From: an uncultured Candidatus Sumerlaeota bacterium
Lineage (GTDB): Bacteria > Sumerlaeota > Sumerlaeia > SLMS01 > CAYUNT01
Assembly (NCBI GenBank): GCA_964446285.1
Contig: CAYUNT010000003.1
Span: 8-64,007, forward strand
Length of the DNA stretch: 64,000 bases
Direction: 5' to 3'
A model generated the notes under the pieces. The model had not been told where the DNA came from, ran no database searches, and saw only the letters and a program-made list of their open reading frames with translations. The position numbers and the translations under genes were made by a program. This document shows positions 1-9,698 of this stretch, piece after piece. Position 1 is the first letter of the stretch. Each line of letters begins with the position of its first letter.

Positions 1-135
1 CCTTCAGGCCTTGTGCACAGGCTCACGAGTTGCTGAACTGGAAAGCCCAATGCATTCCCTATAAAAACCCGTGAGAAGCATTTACGGAATTGTCCTGCCA
101 AAGGTCCGCAAATTCTGATACGCAACCGGTGCAAT

Positions 136-1680
136 CTACTTCGCCGCTGCAACGCCTGCCGCAAGTTGCTGGAGAGTCAGCGTGCCGCTCGAACGCCCCT
201 GTTCGACTCCCCGCGAATTGTATAGAATCCACGTGGGTGCGCGGTAAATGCCGAGTTGTTGCACGAGTTGAGGATATTCGCGGACGTCAATCCAGGCGAA
301 GATGGCCTGTTGCGACAAGGCGGCGAATTCCGGTTGTTTGAGGATTTCCACCTGCTGGGCGCATGGGCGCGAGCCTTGGATATTGAAATACAAAAGAAGC
401 GGGCGCGGCGGCGGAGTGCCAAGCGACGAACGGGCCTGATCAAAAGTGACAAATCCCGGAACAGCCCCCGCCGCAAGGCGCGTCTGGGCAAGAAAGGTAT
501 AACTGATCGGCGTGGGCATTCCGGCCACGGCGGGCGTTTGGCTAGGGTCGTCGGCGGCTGTGGTGTCCGCGGCGCCCGTCACGGAAGGAGGGGCGCCCAC
601 ATAAGCCCGGCGGGCCGCTTCGCTGAGGGAAAAATAAAACACGCGATTTTCCAAAGATTTATCATCGATGCGCCCGCCTGGAATGTAGATGCTTCCCCGG
701 CGATAATCGGGCGCTGCGGGAAAATATTTGCACGCGGAAAGTGGCGTGGCCATTTTCTGCCATGCGCCCAGCCCTTTGGCGCCAACCACAGCGAACCAGA
801 CATCATGAGTTGTGCCCCCGCCGGTCAAGCGCGGGCAAAACGACATAAGGTAAGCGCCAGCCGAAGCCCCCGCCGCGCTGTATTGGGGAACGGGCAACTC
901 GACTTGCTCTCGATCCCAGTCGCCCAGGTGTCCGTTGCTCTGAATTGGGGCTGAATAGATTCTGTTGGAAGTGGATGTATTCAATTTGCCCGTGAGTCCG
1001 CCCCAGACCCAAACTCGCCCGCTGATGGCGACGGCGTTGTGAAACCAGAGCGCCTGGGGAAGAGAAGGACTCATTTCCCAGCGGGCGATGCTTCCGTCCG
1101 AGGCCACTACGCCTGAGATGACGGAGTTGCTTGGCTCATCGTCGTCGCGCTGGCCGCCAATCACGTGAAGATACCCCGGAGCGCTCACCACCGTCAGGCA
1201 GTCCAGGCCCGTGTTCAGAAACGGCGCCGATTCATTCCACGGAGCCAAGTGGCCTTCATACATGGGTTTGGTCCAATAAACCGTCCTCTTGTTCTCGTTG
1301 GTTGTGCCGTTGAAACCGCCCACCACGTAAAGGACGTCGTTAAGGGCGATGGTGCTGTTCTCGATGTAGGCTCGCGGTTCGGGCAGCGCGGTTGTTTCCT
1401 CCCACGGCCCAAGGGTTTTGTCCGGCAGAATCCGGGCCTTAATAACGCTCGGAACCCAGCCGACGACCTCCTGCGCCCCGCCAATGACATACAAATAATC
1501 GCCCAGCACAGCCGCCCCGTGCATTTGACGCGCGGCGGGCAAGGCGGTTGCCTCGCGAAGCGAGACCGCGCCGCCTTCGCTCTGGGCAAAAACCGGCAGG
1601 ACAAGGCCCGCCATAACAAGAACACGGAATCCCAACCCCAATCGTTTCCATCTATTGTTTAGTTGTCTTCTCAAATTCAT
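136..1680 (-). CDS. Secreted Kelch-repeat beta-propeller protein with C-terminal thioredoxin-like domain (SxxC)
   Basis: Hydrophobic N-terminus, repeated Kelch-like motifs (LYVIGG, LYVVGG, LHVIGG, VWVWGG, IYIPGG), and a C-terminal Trx fold (LLLYF...SRPC...GIYRAPT). Start moved to ATG 1680, which has a G-rich RBS-like stretch upstream. Confidence 0.75.
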   Translation of the reverse strand: MNLRRQLNNRWKRLGLGFRVLVMAGLVLPVFAQSEGGAVSLREATALPAARQMHGAAVLGDYLYVIGGAQEVVGWVPSVIKARILPDKTLGPWEETTALPEPRAYIENSTIALNDVLYVVGGFNGTTNENKRTVYWTKPMYEGHLAPWNESAPFLNTGLDCLTVVSAPGYLHVIGGQRDDDEPSNSVISGVVASDGSIARWEMSPSLPQALWFHNAVAISGRVWVWGGLTGKLNTSTSNRIYSAPIQSNGHLGDWDREQVELPVPQYSAAGASAGAYLMSFCPRLTGGGTTHDVWFAVVGAKGLGAWQKMATPLSACKYFPAAPDYRRGSIYIPGGRIDDKSLENRVFYFSLSEAARRAYVGAPPSVTGAADTTAADDPSQTPAVAGMPTPISYTFLAQTRLAAGAVPGFVTFDQARSSLGTPPPRPLLLYFNIQGSRPCAQQVEILKQPEFAALSQQAIFAWIDVREYPQLVQQLGIYRAPTWILYNSRGVEQGRSSGTLTLQQLAAGVAAAK

Positions 1681-1815
1681 GGCTGCACCCCCTTGCGACC
1701 CTCCGGCCGCCGCATCTTTTGCGAATTTATGCGAGTTTATGTAAGCGAAACGCAATGGAAACATAAGACACGCCCCCGCAAGCCGATCTCAGGCGTTCGG
1801 GCTTCATGGAGGAGG

Positions 1816-3009
1816 TCAGATTCGGTTGGCTTTGAGAAGTTCCAGCGGGTAACGGGTTCCGCGCCATTCGATGCCGCCGCGCGCCAGCGTCAAAATCATC
1901 GAGCGCCAGAAAATATAGCCGAGCAAAGCCAAACCCACCGGATAGGCGAATCCCATCCAGGGGCTGAGACCGTAGCGAGGCGCGTTGTCGGCGTAGAGGA
2001 GAAGAAGCAGCGCCAGAGTTGCGCCATACATAATTCGCGCCGCCGCCGGGCCTAAAATCAACCCAAGCGGCGGCAGCAGGAAAAAGTAAGCCAGCAGCGC
2101 CGTCCCGATTACAACGCGCGCAATGCTGTAATCCGCCCCGGCAAAGGTGTTTTTCATAAGGCCGCGGATATATTCACGCGTCGAGGAATACCACTCGACC
2201 TCGATGGCCCCCGCGCCAAACAGGAAATCCTGGCGATGGCCGTTTTTCTTGAACAATTTGCCGAGTTTCAGATCGTCGTCGGGGCGCAACGCGATGGGCT
2301 GGAGTCCGCCCAGGGCGCGCAACGGCTCGGCGCGCACAAGGTTGAACGCGCCAATGCCCACATGAATGGCGCTTTTGGCAATGCGGCATCGCCAGGGCCG
2401 CCAGGTCATTCCCCAAAACATAGCCGTTGCGCCGAGCACGGCTTTCAGAAGTCCGCCGCCTGTCTTGCCTGTTAATGCCTTGGGAATGACCACCATATGA
2501 TCCAGGCGCTTCTCCGCCATATAGCGCGCCGCGCGCCGCAGCGTGGCCGGCTCCATTACCACGTCGGCGTCTGTGAACAGGATCAGTTCGCCGGACGCCG
2601 CCGCCGCGCCCGCATGAAGCGCATGATTTTTGCCAAGCCATCCGGGCGGGAGTTCGCGCACGTGAACGACGCGAAGGCGCGGGTCTTCGCGCGACAGGCG
2701 GTCGAGGATTGCGCCGGTCGCGTCCTCGCTGCGGTCGTCGATGGCAATGATTTCGTAGTCGGGATAATCTTGCCGCAGAATGGAGCGCATGGCTGGTTCG
2801 ATGCCTTTTTCCTCATTCCGCGCGGGGATGATGATCGAAATGCGCGGCGCCGGATTGCCCGGGCCGAGCGGCGCAATGTCTTTGAGGAACGCGATCGAAC
2901 GATTCCCGCGGACCAATCCCAGCCCGGCAACGGCTATAACAGCGAGCGTGAGGGCGCTGGAGAAAATCAGGAAGCCATCAAACAGCGAATGGAGAGAGGG
3001 AAGGTCCAT
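1816..3009 (-). CDS. Glycosyltransferase family 2, membrane-bound (HpnB/CrtQ-like)
   Basis: ISIIIPARNEE, DDRSED, GWLGKNHAL, LFTDADV (DxD), DDLKLG motifs; N- and C-terminal TM helices. Confidence 0.85.
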   Translation of the reverse strand: MDLPSLHSLFDGFLIFSSALTLAVIAVAGLGLVRGNRSIAFLKDIAPLGPGNPAPRISIIIPARNEEKGIEPAMRSILRQDYPDYEIIAIDDRSEDATGAILDRLSREDPRLRVVHVRELPPGWLGKNHALHAGAAAASGELILFTDADVVMEPATLRRAARYMAEKRLDHMVVIPKALTGKTGGGLLKAVLGATAMFWGMTWRPWRCRIAKSAIHVGIGAFNLVRAEPLRALGGLQPIALRPDDDLKLGKLFKKNGHRQDFLFGAGAIEVEWYSSTREYIRGLMKNTFAGADYSIARVVIGTALLAYFFLLPPLGLILGPAAARIMYGATLALLLLLYADNAPRYGLSPWMGFAYPVGLALLGYIFWRSMILTLARGGIEWRGTRYPLELLKANRI

Positions 3010-3086
3010 TGGGCAATCCGTCTTGATAATGAATCCAGTTTATGCCGCGAGGGAGGAGGAGGGAAGGCGAAAATGACGCAGCGGCG

Positions 3087-3977
3087 TCAGGCAGAAGAGC
3101 CTCCACCACCGCTGTTGGGCAGGCCAAAACGCGCCGAGCGTATCGCCTGAAACACGCGGAGGAATTTGACCGTGGAAAGAACGTCGTGAACCCTCACAAC
3201 CTCCGCGCCCTCGATGGCGGCACTGGCGACGGCGGCCAGTGTGCCCTCGAGGCGCTCTGTGGGAGGTGCGCTATCGAGCAATTCGCCGATAAACCGTTTT
3301 CGCGATGGGGCGATGAGAAACGGGGCGTCGAGCGCCCGGGACATTGCGCCGCACGCGCGCAACAACGCCAGATTGTGTTCGAGCCGCTTTCCGAATCCGA
3401 TGCCGGGATCGAGAAGTATGCGTTCGCGGCCGATTCCCTGCTCGACGGCGAACTTCATTCGCTCACGCAGAAATTCGGTTACTTCGGCCACAACCTCTTT
3501 ATAGGCTGGATTGTTTTGCATCGTGCGCGGTTCGCCAAGCATGTGCATCAGGCAAACGGCCGCGCCACTCTCGCGCGCCACGGCCGCCATCTCCGGATCG
3601 CCGCGCAAAGCCGTGACGTCATTGACGATGCATGCGCCTTCCGCGAGGCACGCGCGCGCCACAGCGGCCTTGGATGTGTCGATGCTAATCGGCAGCGGAT
3701 AGCCGCCCGCCGCCAAGGCGCGAACCACAGGCAAAACGCGGTCGAGTTCGGCGGCGGCCTCGACGGGTTTCGCGCCTGGGCGCGTGGATTCGCCGCCGAC
3801 ATCGAGAATGTGCGCCCCTTCGCGCGCCAATTGCCATGCATGGTCGATCGCCGCGTTTGTGGCCAGATGCAGGCCGCCGTCGCTAAAAGAATCCGGCGTG
3901 ACGTTGAGAATGCCCATCACCAGGGGCGGTTCCAACTTCGCGGCGGCGGGATGCGGAATGGACCATCGTAGAGGCAT
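3087..3977 (-). CDS. folP: Dihydropteroate synthase
   Basis: MGILNVTPDSFSDGG, DVGGESTRPG, SIDTSK, DPGIGFGK, SRKRF, VRVHDV motifs. Confidence 0.97.
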   Translation of the reverse strand: MPLRWSIPHPAAAKLEPPLVMGILNVTPDSFSDGGLHLATNAAIDHAWQLAREGAHILDVGGESTRPGAKPVEAAAELDRVLPVVRALAAGGYPLPISIDTSKAAVARACLAEGACIVNDVTALRGDPEMAAVARESGAAVCLMHMLGEPRTMQNNPAYKEVVAEVTEFLRERMKFAVEQGIGRERILLDPGIGFGKRLEHNLALLRACGAMSRALDAPFLIAPSRKRFIGELLDSAPPTERLEGTLAAVASAAIEGAEVVRVHDVLSTVKFLRVFQAIRSARFGLPNSGGGGSSA

Positions 3978-4075
3978 GGAAAAAACTCCGGCGGGGGCGG
4001 CGGCTTGGGCATTCCCTGGCAGGGAATACCCCGGGCTGAAATGACTATACAGGATTATATGCCTTCTTTGGCAAT

Positions 4076-4112
4076 TGTCTTATAGGTCCCATAGGTCGTA
4101 TATGTCCCATAA
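4076..4112 (+). repeat. Stand-alone nonamer tract (CATAGGTCN)
   Basis: TATAGGTCCCATAGGTCGTATATGTCCCAT; similar tracts at 18139-18174, 25838-25885 and 39733-39765. Confidence 0.75.
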
Positions 4113-4142
4113 TTCAAAACGCAAAAGGCTTTTTGCAAGGCA

Positions 4143-5924
4143 TCAGTGGGTTTTTTCAACAAGAGCGGGCATTTGTCCCTCAATGATGTTTTCCATCGTT
4201 TCAGGCGTTTCAGCGGAAGTGCGTTCGAGGAGAGAGGCGGCCTCCTCGGGAGGCGTCGGAATGAGGCGCAGGATGCGATACTGGGAAGCATCGAGCGTGG
4301 CGAGTTCAGCGCGGAAAAGCGCCAAGTGGTCGCCCACGGCGGCGCGAGGCCATGCATAGCGCAAATGATTGGGCGGAAGACTTTGCGCCGGAAGCGCGTC
4401 GAATCCGCAGCGCTGCCAATCGCGAGGCGCCACGCGGCCCTGAAAAAGCAGCCGGTGCGGCGCATAAGGAACAAAGCCGCTGAGCCAAAACTGGCGGCGG
4501 GGCGAGGAATTTTCTTTTTGCGAAGGCAACACTGCGCCGTCATCAAGCAATAGCTGCGTGAGGCGTTGGGCCGGGGCTTCGAAATCAAAGGCCGATTCCG
4601 CAGGCCATAGGAAATAAAGTTTAGATGCGGTTTGAGAAAAAGAAGCGCCCGCAACAATGGTGCAGACAGCCACAATTAGAAAGCGGCGCAGCTGCCGTGG
4701 TTGAGACGCAGGGGCATTTTCCACGGAAAGACATGGAGTTGCCTTTGTTACGCTCAGACGCCGCAAAAGCCAGGCCGTCCCAATGCCCGCCGCCGCGCAC
4801 CAAGCGGGGATGCCCATGATCGAACGTAGCGCGTGCGGAATGCCGTCGTTGGTCATGGCGGCGCTGACCGGATAAAGCAGCAGCCAGGCAAGCAGGTGCA
4901 GGTCTGTGCCGCGCCGCCTCCGCGCAAGCCAGATAATTCCAGCCAGAATCATCGGCGCAGCGGCAAAGTGCATCAGTCCCTGAAAAGGCAAATGATGGCG
5001 CGGATTCGCGTCGCCGCTGAAGAACAGGAACATAGGCGAGAAGTGCGCCGCCCAGTTGCGCGTGAAAAGCCCCGTCGCGCCAAGGAGGCCCTGCGATTGG
5101 CCGAATACGGAGATGCGCTGAAACCGCGCGGCTCCGGCGGGCGACATCGCTTCGAGGAAGATCGGAACGGTCAGCGCGGCGGTGAGAATCGCGCCCGGGA
5201 TCGCCGCCCGCCAGCGAGGCTGCCATTGGCGGTAACGCAGGATGAGAAAAGCGAGTCCCCACAAAGGTAAAAACAGCCTGGCCACTTCATAGGCGTAGAG
5301 CGCCAGGACACAAAAGAATCCGGAAGCGGCCCACCACGCGGCGCGGGCGCTCCGCCACGATGTGCCGGTGCGCGAAACGGCAGCGGGCGAGCGGCCTTTC
5401 TCGAAACTCCACATTGCGAGCGCGAGCCATAGCGGTTCGGTGATCCCCTGCTGCGCCCATCGGCTGAAGACGACATGCCACGGGCATACCGCCATCCAAA
5501 ACGCGCCGCAAACGGCCGCGCGCCAGCCCCACACTCGCCGCATCCATGCGAAAAGCGCAAGCACGGCCAGCGTTCCCGCGAGCGCCGCCGGCAGCCGGGT
5601 CGTGGCCGCGCTCAGGCCAAACAACCCAACGCCGGGCGCCGCGAGATACTGGTAAATCGCCGACGTGCGCACGCCATAGACGTCGATGAAGGCGGGCAGG
5701 AATTCCGAAGGACGCACGCGCGCACCGGCCAGCATCGAGAGCCGCCCGTAGCGCCCCGTGTCCCAGAGTTCCCAGGCTGTATAACCCTTTTCGAGTTCAT
5801 CGCGAAACAGCGCCGCCGGAATCGTCCCGAGCGCGGGGAAACGCAGCAATGCCGCCAGCGCCAGAAGGAGCAGAGGCCAGGCGAGGCGCTGTTGAAAGCG
5901 GCGCAGCGAAAAAGCAGGTTTCAT
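4143..5924 (-). CDS. GT-C fold polytopic glycosyltransferase (GT39/ArnT/PMT-like)
   Basis: LRFPALG...RDE motif after TM1, RLPAALAG, W(H)VVFSR, many TM helices and a periplasmic C-terminal domain. Confidence 0.8.
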   Translation of the reverse strand: MKPAFSLRRFQQRLAWPLLLLALAALLRFPALGTIPAALFRDELEKGYTAWELWDTGRYGRLSMLAGARVRPSEFLPAFIDVYGVRTSAIYQYLAAPGVGLFGLSAATTRLPAALAGTLAVLALFAWMRRVWGWRAAVCGAFWMAVCPWHVVFSRWAQQGITEPLWLALAMWSFEKGRSPAAVSRTGTSWRSARAAWWAASGFFCVLALYAYEVARLFLPLWGLAFLILRYRQWQPRWRAAIPGAILTAALTVPIFLEAMSPAGAARFQRISVFGQSQGLLGATGLFTRNWAAHFSPMFLFFSGDANPRHHLPFQGLMHFAAAPMILAGIIWLARRRRGTDLHLLAWLLLYPVSAAMTNDGIPHALRSIMGIPAWCAAAGIGTAWLLRRLSVTKATPCLSVENAPASQPRQLRRFLIVAVCTIVAGASFSQTASKLYFLWPAESAFDFEAPAQRLTQLLLDDGAVLPSQKENSSPRRQFWLSGFVPYAPHRLLFQGRVAPRDWQRCGFDALPAQSLPPNHLRYAWPRAAVGDHLALFRAELATLDASQYRILRLIPTPPEEAASLLERTSAETPETMENIIEGQMPALVEKTH

Positions 5925-5951
5925 CAAGGAATCGGCAAGGTCCTCTTATAA

Positions 5952-6965
5952 TTACACAGTCCGTCCAACGGCCTCGGCCACGGGGCGGATTTCGCGGATG
6001 AGATCCTCGAACTGGTTGAAACGCAGCGACTGAATGCCATCGCTCAGCGCGTGCCCTGGATCCGGGTGGATTTCCACCATCAATCCATCCGCGCCCGCCG
6101 CCACCGAGGCTCGCGCCATCGGAATCACCAGATCGGCATATCCCGTGCCGTGGCTGGGGTCCGCGATGATGGGCAGATGCGATTCCTTTTTGATAACAGG
6201 AATTGCGTTGAGATCGAGTGTGAAGCGCGTGGCGTTCTCGAACGTGCGGATGCCGCGTTCGCAAAGCACCAGGCCGTAGTTGCCCTGGTTGAGCACATAC
6301 TCGGCGGCCTGAAGGTATTCCTTGATGGTGGTAGACATTCCGCGTTTGAAGAGGATGGGCTTTCCGGTCTTTGCCGCGGCGGTGAGCAGGGCGAAATTCT
6401 GGCAATTGCGCGCGCCAATCTGCAAGAGGTCCGCATAACGCGCCAGCAGATCGACATCCGTAACCGACACGACCTCGGTAACCACGCGCAGGCCCGTTTC
6501 CTGGCGCGCCAGATCGAGCAGCTTCAATCCTTCTTCCTCCAGACCCTGGAAGGCATAGGGCGAAGTGCGGGGCTTGAACGCGCCGCCGCGCAGGAATTGC
6601 GCCCCGGCCTTTTTCGCCGCGCGCGCCGAGGCGACAATCTGCTCCTCGGACTCGACCGAGCACGGTCCGGCCATGATGGCCAATTGCTTTCCGCCGATTG
6701 GGAATCCGGCCACATCCACCGTGGAGGGTTCTTTTTTGAAATCGCGCGAGCACAGTTTATAGGGCTTGAGAATCGGGATGACGGCCTCGACGCCATCCAT
6801 TGTTTCGAGCGCCTGGAGAGGGCGTTTGTCCTCGTGCCCGACGCATCCAACTACGGAACGCTCGACGCCCCGGATGGTATGAACACGGTAGCCGAGTTCG
6901 ACCACACGTTTTTCGACAGCCACGAGTTGCTCTTCGGAGGCGCCTTCGCGCATTACGACGATCAT
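5952..6965 (-). CDS. aroF: 3-deoxy-7-phosphoheptulonate (DAHP) synthase, type I-beta with N-terminal regulatory domain
   Basis: [50 protein letters not shown] motifs. Confidence 0.95.
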   Translation of the reverse strand: MIVVMREGASEEQLVAVEKRVVELGYRVHTIRGVERSVVGCVGHEDKRPLQALETMDGVEAVIPILKPYKLCSRDFKKEPSTVDVAGFPIGGKQLAIMAGPCSVESEEQIVASARAAKKAGAQFLRGGAFKPRTSPYAFQGLEEEGLKLLDLARQETGLRVVTEVVSVTDVDLLARYADLLQIGARNCQNFALLTAAAKTGKPILFKRGMSTTIKEYLQAAEYVLNQGNYGLVLCERGIRTFENATRFTLDLNAIPVIKKESHLPIIADPSHGTGYADLVIPMARASVAAGADGLMVEIHPDPGHALSDGIQSLRFNQFEDLIREIRPVAEAVGRTV

Positions 6966-6981
6966 TGGGAGAAGTCCTTTC

Positions 6982-7208
6982 GAGTGTTGTGAGTTGTGGG
7001 TTGTGAGTGGTGAGTGAAGAAGTGGGCAGAGATCAGTGGTCAGTGAGCAGTGAAGAAGTGGGCAGAGATCAGTGGCCAGTGGGCAGTGATCAGTGAACAG
7101 TGAAGAGGTGAATAGCGGGCGGCGGGCCGCTAATAGTGTCCTATATGTCGCATAGGTCCCATAGGTCTCATTCTTCCCATTCGTCTCATAGATCCTATTG
7201 GCCCTATT
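6982..7208 (+). repeat. Composite short tandem repeat: GTTGTG/CAGTG heptamers then CATAGGTCC-type nonamers
   Basis: Includes a 27-nt direct repeat at 7013-7039 and 7049-7075. Confidence 0.85.
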
Positions 7209-7229
7209 ATTCTCCGCGGGGCGCGGCTT

Positions 7230-9608
7230 TCAATGGTTCAAAACCGCCGTTGTCTGGGCGAGGGTCGTGTTGCCGCGTTCGTCCGTGATGCGCACGGTAA
7301 GAAGGGCGCTGTCCTTTTTCTCGAAATCCTCGGCGGGAATTTCAAAGCGGAAGGATTCATTCTTGGAGTCGAACAGGCCATCTTCGGGCGCGAGGAATTG
7401 CCAGTCTCCCGCATTGAGGCGCCACTCGGCGGAGGCAATGCGCGAGGTGGCATCGCTTCCTGAGAAGCTCACTCTGACCGCGCCGCCTTTTCCGCCCGCC
7501 GGGCTTCCGAGCGCCTTTATTTCCGGCGGAGTGTCGTCCACATCAAACGGATCGCTTGTGGCTTCGACCTTGAAACTTTCATCGGGAAGATTGGCGGGGC
7601 GGTCCTCCGCCTCGACTTTTGCCTGATAGCGACCATCGGTCAGCATGGTCGTGTCGATTACATATTCATTCGCTTCGAGGTTCTTTTCCAAGAGCACCCA
7701 AAGCGATTCGCCCTCGCTGCGCAGATAGACCTTGAAGCGCATCGGATCGCTATTTGGATCCGCGGCGTTCCATGAAACGGTCATTTTTTTCGGATTCGAT
7801 TCGGCTTCCGCGCCGATGGCGCCGCTGGGTCCTGAAGACGATCCGCCACGCTGGCCGGAGTTTCGTCCTCCAGCGCGGGAAGAAGACCTTGGCGGACCTC
7901 CCTCATTGTCGCCGCCCGGTCCGCCCATGCGTGGCATTCCGCTGGGTCGTCCCCCCGGCCCGCCGCCCGGCCGCCCGCCGCCGCCTTCCGCCTGGAATTT
8001 TACGGACACATCCTTGACGACAGGCGGCAAATTCGGCAGCACATACGGGATTTCCACGGATTCGACGCGGGGCACCGAGGACACTTCGTTCGAGGCGGCG
8101 CGGATGAGCAGGCGGTATTGAATGCGCCGCGCGGGCTGGCTCTTTATCAGCAATTCCGCGCCGGGAGATACCTGAATGTCTTCCGACCACTCGCTCCAGA
8201 ATTCCTCGGGATCGCTTGTGTTTCCGGTCCGCGTGGCGAACAGCACGCTCGCGCCCGCCGGAATGCTGCCTTCAATTCGCGCGCGCCCCCAGCGGACGGG
8301 CATTTGCGCGTCGAGCGGCTTCGAGAGGTATTCGCCCGCGCTCAGCTGGCCGGGGCGGAAGCGATACACCACGCCAGGCGCGTTAGTGAATGCATACAGT
8401 TCGCCTTTGTCCATGCGGATGAGGCGCAGGATGCCGCTCTCGCGCACGCCGCCGATGAGTTGATGGCGTCCGAGTCGGTCCACGCGGCACAGCGCCCCTT
8501 CCGCCCCGGCGGCGATGTATGCCCAATCGCCTTTGGCGTCCAAAACCAAGTCATGAATAGGCGAATCGTTCGCGGGCCATTCGAGCTGAATGAATCCCTT
8601 GGCATCGAGGCGCAAAACGCGGGCGCCGCCCCTTCCGCGCGGGCCGCTCGGCGGGCGCATCATGCGCGGCGGAGGCGCTTCGCCGCCTTCGTCGTCACTC
8701 GACTGATCCATGCCGGGAGATCCGCCCGGACCCTGATTTCCCGATTTCGATGCATTGATAATCGCCGCCGCCACAGGGCGCGACACACGCTGGGCAATCC
8801 CCTGGCCTTTTGCGTCATTGATCGCAATCCACAACGCGCCATCAGGAGCGACGGCCACGCGGCGGATTTCGTCTTCGTCCGCCTCATAAATCACAAATGG
8901 CGTTCCCTTTGCGTCGAGGCGCACCAGCATCGCTTTGCCTTGCGTCGTGGCGAGCAAGTCGCCGTTGGCGTCCTGAGCGAGGAATAGGACATTCGTCACT
9001 TTTTTCAACGCGGCGAATTCCTTGCCTTTACCGTCCGGGCCGACGCGGAAGATTTTCCCTTTCGTGCCGGTGGCGATGTAGATGTCGCCCGAGGGCGTGG
9101 GCAGGATGCACCACACGTATTTTTCTTTTGTGTCAAAAAAGAGCGTTTTCTCGCCGGTTTTGGAAATTTTCCAGACCTTGCCGCCCGGCGCGCCGCCCGC
9201 AAAGACCGTCCCATCTGCGGCGGGCGCTGCCACGGCCGTCACGTGCAGAAGGTCAGTTTTGGTGAGGAGCGACCCGCTCGAATTCACATCGATTTGCAGG
9301 ACTTTTCCCGACGGCCCCGAGCCGATAATGAGCCGTCCATCCGGGGCCACAGAGGCATCCCAGAGAGCGTCGATTTGCGCGGGCGCGTAGATTTTTTCTT
9401 TCACGGGCGAGACGCTCAGCCATCCATCGCTCGCGAGCGTCGATGTGGTCGTCTGCCCCGCCTGAAAGTCGTCGTAGGATTCATCAAGGAACCTTTGCGT
9501 GTGGGCGGCAAAGACCAGGCACGGGGCAAATGCCAGGCCCGCGAGAATCAGCAAAACGCAGGTCAGAATGGGAAATGCGCCGAGGCGGTGGATTTGGGTA
9601 GGCGTCAT
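7230..9608 (-). CDS. Secreted beta-propeller + fibronectin-III-like protein of unknown function
   Basis: Signal peptide, repeated propeller blades (DG..IG.GP.GKV, G.IYIATG.KGKIFRV), Gly/Pro-rich linkers, and a C-terminal FN3-like region (VSWNAADPNSD..F.VY, DGRYQAKVEA.D). RBS GAGGAG before ATG 9608. Confidence 0.7.
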   Translation of the reverse strand: MTPTQIHRLGAFPILTCVLLILAGLAFAPCLVFAAHTQRFLDESYDDFQAGQTTTSTLASDGWLSVSPVKEKIYAPAQIDALWDASVAPDGRLIIGSGPSGKVLQIDVNSSGSLLTKTDLLHVTAVAAPAADGTVFAGGAPGGKVWKISKTGEKTLFFDTKEKYVWCILPTPSGDIYIATGTKGKIFRVGPDGKGKEFAALKKVTNVLFLAQDANGDLLATTQGKAMLVRLDAKGTPFVIYEADEDEIRRVAVAPDGALWIAINDAKGQGIAQRVSRPVAAAIINASKSGNQGPGGSPGMDQSSDDEGGEAPPPRMMRPPSGPRGRGGARVLRLDAKGFIQLEWPANDSPIHDLVLDAKGDWAYIAAGAEGALCRVDRLGRHQLIGGVRESGILRLIRMDKGELYAFTNAPGVVYRFRPGQLSAGEYLSKPLDAQMPVRWGRARIEGSIPAGASVLFATRTGNTSDPEEFWSEWSEDIQVSPGAELLIKSQPARRIQYRLLIRAASNEVSSVPRVESVEIPYVLPNLPPVVKDVSVKFQAEGGGGRPGGGPGGRPSGMPRMGGPGGDNEGGPPRSSSRAGGRNSGQRGGSSSGPSGAIGAEAESNPKKMTVSWNAADPNSDPMRFKVYLRSEGESLWVLLEKNLEANEYVIDTTMLTDGRYQAKVEAEDRPANLPDESFKVEATSDPFDVDDTPPEIKALGSPAGGKGGAVRVSFSGSDATSRIASAEWRLNAGDWQFLAPEDGLFDSKNESFRFEIPAEDFEKKDSALLTVRITDERGNTTLAQTTAVLNH

Positions 9609-9698
9609 CCGTTGTATTCTCCTCTGCGGGAAATAGATGGAAAAAGATGGAAATTGGGGCGGGGAATTCTCGCGGCCGCCCCGGACATAAGGCATCGG

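Noticed and set aside
1-135. Patchy similarity (reverse complement) to 33855-33955 (GGTTG..TCAGAAT, GCAGG, GAATGCA.TGGGC)
   Set aside because: Matches are short with unequal spacing and the element is cut by the window edge; it needs an alignment with flanking sequence.
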